The notes beneath the pieces were generated by a model. The model searched no databases. It worked only from the letters and a program-made list of their open reading frames with translations, and was not told where the DNA came from. Both the position numbers and the translations under genes were made by a program. From assembly GCA_043718025.1 (NCBI GenBank), contig JAYSWN010000069.1:3698-67697 (forward strand): DNA of 64,000 nt, in the 5' to 3' direction. The number at the start of each line of letters is the position of its first letter. Position 1 is the first letter of the stretch. The DNA is from Pseudomonadota bacterium. GTDB lineage: Bacteria; Bdellovibrionota; FAC87; UBA2466. Positions 58,392 to 64,000 of the stretch are shown here, one piece after another.

Positions 58392-59132
58392 TTAGTCGTT
58401 ATAGAGATCGGCTTTGATCGCCGCCAGCGCCTCTTTATCGATAATACGATCGAGATGGCCGTCCGCATAAATGCCAGCATCCATCAGCACTTTTTGCCCA
58501 CAGTTTGAGCAATGCTTCTGAATGTTTTTCAACATGATCAACGCTGACCCGTAAGAACCATAAGGAGTGATGTCGCAAGAAGGACGGCCCGCCAACTTGG
58601 CGCCGGTCCAGATGCTGGTAACGTCTTCTCCCTTTTCATTTTTGAACTCTTTTGGGCAACGAGAGTGTGACCAGTTGCCGTTGTCGACTTCGGTATGACG
58701 CGCCTCGTGATAAAGCACGCTTACCTTGGCGATCATCGGGTGGTCCAATTCCGTATAGTTCTTGGTGAGCCAAATCTTAGAGGCGCCGAGAAACGGAATG
58801 ACGCAAGCAACGGCTTTGCCATCGCTACCACAGTCGTTTAGTCCGATGCGCGTGATGCGCGACTCCAACCATTCGATGTAGTTTTTGCCTTCTAGCTCGC
58901 CAAAGATCTCTTTGTGCAGAGCCGAGGTGGCGTTGCTTTTAAAACCGCTGACGGTTTTTAAATCTTGCGTAACCTGATTCCTAATTTTTTCCGGAACCTC
59001 TTCCCCAAATTCGTAGCCAAAAGAAAGTGCCGAGCAGACCAGTGCCAATAACGTGATGAACTTATTTTTATTCATTTCCCCCCCAACGTTTGTCATGTCA
59101 TGTGATAGACAAGGCGACAATACGAGGGGCAA
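58392..59132 (-). CDS. Secreted protein with an HExxH motif (HEARH)
   Basis: Signal peptide. A single HExxH motif. Cys-rich. Confidence 0.45.
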   Translation of the reverse strand: MPLVLSPCLSHDMTNVGGEMNKNKFITLLALVCSALSFGYEFGEEVPEKIRNQVTQDLKTVSGFKSNATSALHKEIFGELEGKNYIEWLESRITRIGLNDCGSDGKAVACVIPFLGASKIWLTKNYTELDHPMIAKVSVLYHEARHTEVDNGNWSHSRCPKEFKNEKGEDVTSIWTGAKLAGRPSCDITPYGSYGSALIMLKNIQKHCSNCGQKVLMDAGIYADGHLDRIIDKEALAAIKADLYND

Positions 59133-59202
59133 AGCGGCGTTAACGAAGCGCTACAAACACCCTAAATGCTTACGTTTTCTGATATAATTTTTACAACCCT
59201 CT

Positions 59203-59832
59203 ATGACGCTACGGGCAAACCATTTCTATTTTCTGACCTTTGCATTTCTTACGACGCCGCAATTTTTAGCGGCCATTAAACCGATCGTAAAAAGCTGCGG
59301 TGAAATTGCCGCGCTGGCGAAAAACCCAACCGAGAAGAGCGAAACTTTTTATCGAGAGAGCGATCCGAATTTTCCCGATTTTCACTTCACCGGAACTTTA
59401 ACTGCCGATGGCACCCTTAAAATTTCGACTTACCGTGGCCTTTCCGACGGCATTCAATCAACAATCAACCCGAAGCTGGCAACGCAGGCGATGCTGGCGC
59501 ACTTTGGAAAGAAAGTGAAACGAGTAGAATTAGGACTGAGCCAACTCGAGAATATTGACGACAGAAATTGGTCTAAAGAACCGCTGCTCGATGATTTCAA
59601 CCGAAGTTGGAATGAAGCTAGTCGCGACCCAAAGCTGGTTGATCTGGAACGCATGGTGGGCAAAGCAGAAGCCAAACGAGATGAGCAAATTCTTAGCCGC
59701 GCGGCCTTGGGCACGTCAGTTGGCACCACGCTAATGTTGAGCGGAGGAATGACCAAAGTAACCATGACGTCTGCTTTGGGAAAAAGACGGGGCGAATGGA
59801 TCTCGATTGTACTTATGTTTGAACCGCGTTAG
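59203..59832 (+). CDS. Hypothetical secreted protein
   Basis: Signal peptide. Confidence 0.45.
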   Translation: MTLRANHFYFLTFAFLTTPQFLAAIKPIVKSCGEIAALAKNPTEKSETFYRESDPNFPDFHFTGTLTADGTLKISTYRGLSDGIQSTINPKLATQAMLAHFGKKVKRVELGLSQLENIDDRNWSKEPLLDDFNRSWNEASRDPKLVDLERMVGKAEAKRDEQILSRAALGTSVGTTLMLSGGMTKVTMTSALGKRRGEWISIVLMFEPR

Positions 59833-59841
59833 CCAATTGCT

Positions 59842-60297
59842 TCACTCGCCCACCAAAAGCTGCCTAAGAAAAAGACTGGCCTCATCGTAAGCGTTGATAA
59901 CTTCACTGGGCTTAGGGCCGGAGACATTGAGCACTTTGGTATTAAATTTTGTTGCCCAGGCTTCGGCGTCTTCGATTTTCGGATTTTTTTTTAGGTCGGC
60001 GTAAAACACCGGACGCTTCATTCGCGCGGCAATGGCCACCACTTTCAAATTGCTGCCGGCCAGTTCGCCCCACCCCAACAGCAAAGTGCCGTCAGAATCG
60101 CGCACGTTTAACTCGATCACTTTTGTGGCGCTTGGGGAATCGCACTCCACCACGGGGTATTTTTCTTCCACCACCCCATCTTCGGCGCGTCGCCCTTTCG
60201 GGCACCAGCCGCCGCAAGCGATATCATTTTGCAAAGCAACATCTAGCGCGGCACGTTCTACCCCGGCCTGACCACTACTCACGATTTTTATCACCAT
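59842..60297 (-). CDS. YpsA/putative molybdenum-carrier (SLOG) family protein
   Basis: [35 protein letters not shown] matches the MoCo_carrier family N-terminus. Confidence 0.6.
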   Translation of the reverse strand: [151 protein letters not shown]

Positions 60298-60344
60298 AGC
60301 TGCAATGTAATAGAGCCGCGGCTTAAGTGGTATAATTTTGCCGC

Positions 60345-61541
60345 ATGCACAGACTCGCTCTCATTGCTGGGGCCGGCGCCCTTATTTGCCTAGGCAGCTG
60401 CAGTCTGTCGACCTATCCGCACCGAGTCACGTTGTCTCTGGCAGTATCGCCACCGTCGACAAATGCCTTGCCCGTTGACACCCAACACGACGCAACTCAG
60501 CGTTCGGGTCCCGAGCTTTCTGCCATGAAATGCTACGGACTCATCGTAAAAGGAGCTCCCGGTGCGCTTACCAGCGCGCAATTGGGCTACCGATCGCCTA
60601 GTTGCTTGGGGATGGCGGGTACCTTTTTTGGACCCTACACCTACGCAGAAATTACCAAGGGCGTTTCGATAAACCTGTCCGCCGCCACTTATGAATTCTC
60701 TATCGTCGGTTTTCATGGGGTCACCAGTTGCGGGGCCAGCGGCGTCGGCTCGTTGTACGGAGGGGCCACCCCAGCCGAGAACTACGAAATAGGAAGCGCG
60801 GTGACGGCAAACCTCGCCACCGAAACCAAAGTTGCGATCAATGCCACGGCTTACACTGCCGCCTCGGCAGTCAATCGAACGCCAAGTTGCCAATCGGCGA
60901 ATTTGGACTGCAGTTCGATTGTTTCTGCCTTCTGCGACTCATTTACCGATCCGGATGGCACGACCTTAGCGACTCACTTTAGAGACAGCTCCCAGTACGG
61001 CTGGACGGTCTTTCGGTCCATCAATCCCACCATTGAATCGAATGCCCTGAATGCGACTCCGGACAATGCCGTCGGACAGCACGCCCTATTTGTGGCAACG
61101 GCCGCCGCGGTGACCGATACCATCAACGTCGTGGGCACGATGGGCGAAATGATTGGCCCTCACGGAATTGGCGCAGCCCTGTTAGTCGGCGCCATCGCCG
61201 ACTCCGATTATGCGTTGGGGGAAATCGTAAAAAGCTCAATTACGGGTAGTTGTTCTCTGCAAATCAGCGAGAGGATCGCAGGTGCCACCATCTTGCGGAA
61301 AAGCCTGTTGTTGGGCAATTATAGCTATTGTCCCGCTGACGAACTTATCCAACTCGATTTCCGCACCACGGGCGGCCAACTTTCACTCACCGCCAAGGGG
61401 CAAACGATTCAGCACTCACCCATTTCAGGCGCTCTGAACGGAGTTAAAGCTGGCGTAACCATGTTACGAAACGGTAACGCATCCAAATACTCGACCATTG
61501 ATTTTGTTCGCGCGATGGACGCCACGCGTAACGAAAAGTAA
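60345..61541 (+). CDS. Ala/Gly/Thr/Ser-rich lipoprotein of unknown function
   Basis: Lipobox LICLGSCS. Confidence 0.5.
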   Translation: MHRLALIAGAGALICLGSCSLSTYPHRVTLSLAVSPPSTNALPVDTQHDATQRSGPELSAMKCYGLIVKGAPGALTSAQLGYRSPSCLGMAGTFFGPYTYAEITKGVSINLSAATYEFSIVGFHGVTSCGASGVGSLYGGATPAENYEIGSAVTANLATETKVAINATAYTAASAVNRTPSCQSANLDCSSIVSAFCDSFTDPDGTTLATHFRDSSQYGWTVFRSINPTIESNALNATPDNAVGQHALFVATAAAVTDTINVVGTMGEMIGPHGIGAALLVGAIADSDYALGEIVKSSITGSCSLQISERIAGATILRKSLLLGNYSYCPADELIQLDFRTTGGQLSLTAKGQTIQHSPISGALNGVKAGVTMLRNGNASKYSTIDFVRAMDATRNEK

Positions 61542-61794
61542 CCCTGCCTTTGCGTTAAGTGCCGCTTGGTGTTTTGAGCCACGATCCAAAAAAGGTGCCG
61601 TTAATTCAGAGTAAACTTGGTTGTCATTCCCGGTGAATAACGATCGTGACCCAAAACACAAAGCAGCCTGGAAAATAAAGTGAAGAGAATAGACTTAACC
61701 CCGCCAACCACTGCTTAAAAAACTAAATCGAAGGGCGTAAATAAAACTAATCAACCGACCCGTCAACGTTACTGGGTAGCAGTTTGAAGAATTT

Positions 61795-62442
61795 CTACTT
61801 TTTTAAGGCCGCATTGATCGCGTCGCGCAGCTCTTGCGCCCCAAGTCGGTCAAGCATCTTGCCATTGGCAAAAAAGGTGGGAGTGCGAGTGATGCCGAGA
61901 GTTTTGGCATCGGCTTCATCTTGCTTAATTCTGCCCTGCACTTCGACATCGCTCATCGCCGTTTTGAGTTGGTTCATGTCCAGACCCAAGGTTTGCAAAT
62001 AGACCAAAATTAATTCAGGTTTAGGATGATGATGGTCGCCCCACTCTGGCTGCTTGGCAAAGAGCAGATCAAGGGCTTCAAAATACTTGCCCTGCTTACG
62101 GGCCGCCTCCAGCGCCGACGCCGCGTAGGCGGCATTGGGATGAAAAGGGGCATACCGAATTACCAGCCTAACTCTACCGCCGAATTCTTTTACCGCCTCT
62201 TTGGCCAAGGGATGGAACAGGCGACAAGACTCACATTCGGGATCCATGAATTCTACTAATGTTACCGGCGCGTCGGCAGGCCCTACCGTGGGACTATAAG
62301 CACGGACTAGAGCTTCGCTGTTTACCTGGGTGTTGGCGTCGATTTTTGCCACTTCGGTTTTTTTGTACCACCATGCTGCTCCAACAAACACCGTCACCAG
62401 CAACGCAACCACTCCCACCAGCAACCATTTGTCGATTTTCAT
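61795..62442 (-). CDS. dsbA: DsbA-family thiol:disulfide oxidoreductase (BdbD-like)
   Basis: N-terminal anchor. CESC active site inside a thioredoxin fold. Confidence 0.75.
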   Translation of the reverse strand: MKIDKWLLVGVVALLVTVFVGAAWWYKKTEVAKIDANTQVNSEALVRAYSPTVGPADAPVTLVEFMDPECESCRLFHPLAKEAVKEFGGRVRLVIRYAPFHPNAAYAASALEAARKQGKYFEALDLLFAKQPEWGDHHHPKPELILVYLQTLGLDMNQLKTAMSDVEVQGRIKQDEADAKTLGITRTPTFFANGKMLDRLGAQELRDAINAALKK

Positions 62443-62885
62443 TCTATCCTCGTCATTTTATGTCCAGCCGTTTTTTGAAAAACACCGAGCAGCACCGTGA
62501 TCGCCATAAACCCGGCAAAAGACAATAGCGGAATGGTGATAAAACCAAACCATTCAATTTGCTTCGTCGAACAAGACACCCCTTGGGTGCAGGGGGCAAT
62601 GCTTTCGGGAATGACTTTGTAATAAATTCCCACGTGGTAAACCGCACAGGCCAAACCAAAACCCAAAACCGGCCAGGCGTAGCGGACCACATTGCGATCG
62701 CGGTATAAAAGACCCACCGCAAAAATCGCAACCAGCGGGTAGAGGCCGATACGCTGGTACCAGCACATCGCACAAGGGGGGAACTTCATCACTTCGCTAA
62801 AAAATAGGCTGCCCAACGTTCCGATTAGGCTCACCAGCCAAGCCAGAAACAGCGGCACCCATTGCGAATCTTGGTTAGCTTTCAT
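62439..62885 (-). CDS. dsbB: Disulfide bond formation protein B (BdbC/DsbB)
   Basis: Four TM helices. CAMCWYQR redox pair. Overlaps dsbA by 4 bp. Confidence 0.75.
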   Translation of the reverse strand: MKANQDSQWVPLFLAWLVSLIGTLGSLFFSEVMKFPPCAMCWYQRIGLYPLVAIFAVGLLYRDRNVVRYAWPVLGFGLACAVYHVGIYYKVIPESIAPCTQGVSCSTKQIEWFGFITIPLLSFAGFMAITVLLGVFQKTAGHKMTRIE

Positions 62886-62965
62886 TGAGGTTGAGCTATC
62901 AAAATAAAAAAAAGGTGGCGAGGCGAAAAGCCCGGCCACCCCCTATTTTTGTAAATTAATTGGCG

Positions 62966-63823
62966 TTAGAAGTGGCAACCTTTGATCTGGGGCCGAACCG
63001 GCACGACGCTTGTGCGGGTGTCAATTATGATTTGAGCGTCCACGTACGGAAAGCCCGCGGTGCGAACCAAATCAATCACGCGTCCGTAAATGAAGTTCGA
63101 CGGCGCGACGCCGCGAACCACGACTACCCGCTTGTCTTTCTTGGATACCGAGAGTGAAAAGCGGTCGAAGTACGGCGCCACATCAAGGTCCGAAGCAAAA
63201 TTCCACGTGGCCCGATCGAAAGGCACTTTTGGCTCGGGACGGTAACCGTTAGGTACCGAGGCCAAGGCCCCCAATAGCCAGGCGTTGGCTTCGGCAAATT
63301 CGCGGCGGAAAACGCCATAACTCACTTCCGCACTATATCGTTTGAAAACCGGCGCGCTATCGATGCGCGGGCCCCACGTGATCGAAAATGCGGGTAACTT
63401 ATCCACGGGCTTTTGCAAGTCATTCCAAGCCTCGAGTCTATGGCACAGGCCGGTGGGCGGATTACCTGCCGTTTTAGCGGCGTCGTTTACCGGGCAAACG
63501 AATTTTGTGTCGGTGACTTGAAAGAACACCTGATTGGTTTGCGGATGAAACACGGTCATCTGGGCGAGCCCCTTAGCCACGTCTTTCCCGAAGGCGATTT
63601 GGGCTACCACCATTCCATTGGCGATGAGGGTGGAACGGCCGGCCGGAAGTCCGGGCACGGTGTGCGAAGCACCTAAAAAAGTAAGGTTGGTCTCGGCGGC
63701 CTGATAGGCCAGCTGGTCATATAGGTAAGCGGGCTGATACGCCGCATAGCTGCAGGGCTCTGCGTTAACGTTGGCCGATAGAAATCCAAAAATCACCGGT
63801 AACAAGAACATAATTTTTTTCAC
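62966..63823 (-). CDS. Hypothetical secreted protein
   Basis: Signal peptide MFLLPVIFGFLSANVNA. Confidence 0.5.
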   Translation of the reverse strand: MKKIMFLLPVIFGFLSANVNAEPCSYAAYQPAYLYDQLAYQAAETNLTFLGASHTVPGLPAGRSTLIANGMVVAQIAFGKDVAKGLAQMTVFHPQTNQVFFQVTDTKFVCPVNDAAKTAGNPPTGLCHRLEAWNDLQKPVDKLPAFSITWGPRIDSAPVFKRYSAEVSYGVFRREFAEANAWLLGALASVPNGYRPEPKVPFDRATWNFASDLDVAPYFDRFSLSVSKKDKRVVVVRGVAPSNFIYGRVIDLVRTAGFPYVDAQIIIDTRTSVVPVRPQIKGCHF

Positions 63824-64000
63824 TGATAGTCCCCCTTAGTTAGGCCTTGGTCTTACTGTAAAAGGGGCACGTCGAAACTGCGCAACGCGTGAAGAAGTTA
63901 TTTACTCACTTTCTAAAAGAGCCGAATCCCCTTTTTTAATTTATAAGTACTTAATGTTGCGCTCTCATTTCGCTTTGCTTTTTTTCATCACCACGGCAGC

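Noticed and set aside
58325-58392. Possible terminator aaaaaaaagggcccgcctcaaagagacgcgccc between convergent genes
   Set aside because: The stem is imperfect and there is no clean T-run, so it was not annotated.
1-64000. CRISPR arrays, tRNA or rRNA genes, IS elements, integrases, or a prophage
   Set aside because: No direct-repeat/spacer arrays, no tRNA-like T-loop or acceptor patterns, and no transposase, recombinase or phage structural proteins were seen. The window looks like core chromosome plus the glycosylation module.
63954-64000. ATG at 63954 opening a frame (MLRSHFALLFFITTA...) that runs off the window
   Set aside because: Only 15 codons are visible, which is too short to call.

Overview
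This is a roughly 50% GC bacterial chromosomal window with dense coding on both strands. It contains about 70 protein genes and no rRNA, tRNA, CRISPR array, transposase or integrase. The gene content is proteobacterial (the SahR regulator, the DsbB/DsbA pair, RarD, YheU) and unusually rich in secreted hydrolases: an S8 subtilase, two trypsin-like S1 proteases, an S9 prolyl oligopeptidase, two proteins with HExxH motifs and a PAP2 phosphatase. That profile is consistent with a Bdellovibrio-like predatory or degradative organism. This is an inference, not an identification.

Housekeeping genes I recognise with confidence: hpt, hemH, corA, rpsU, pip, ahcY with its SahR-type regulator, rlmG and rlmD family rRNA methyltransferases, a UbiB-family kinase, an aldehyde dehydrogenase, an acyl-CoA dehydrogenase, a 2Fe-2S ferredoxin, a glutathione S-transferase, and an overlapping dsbB-dsbA pair.

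The stand-out feature is a divergent six-gene locus at 2837-11402. On the minus strand it carries a eukaryote-type UDP-galactopyranose mutase (UGM) homologue and a polyprenol-phosphate family GT2 glycosyltransferase. On the plus strand it carries an overlapping pair of large polytopic membrane proteins: a GT-C-like protein with a DE and an HGP motif (resembling the TIGR03663/PMT_2 family) and a 'YYY'-type partner (resembling TIGR03662/DUF2298). These are followed by translationally coupled homologues of mycobacterial DprE1 (FAD oxidase) and DprE2 (SDR reductase). Together this looks like a self-contained module for making a polyprenyl-phosphate-linked furanose donor, such as arabinofuranose or an epimerised galactofuranose, and transferring it to a periplasmic or envelope acceptor.

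Other notable observations are a 61-bp GC-hairpin element present twice (11457-11517 and 33898-33960), a duplicated gene-tail fragment, palindromic candidate operators, and several proteins of unknown function including a 943-aa secreted protein with amidoligase-like motifs.
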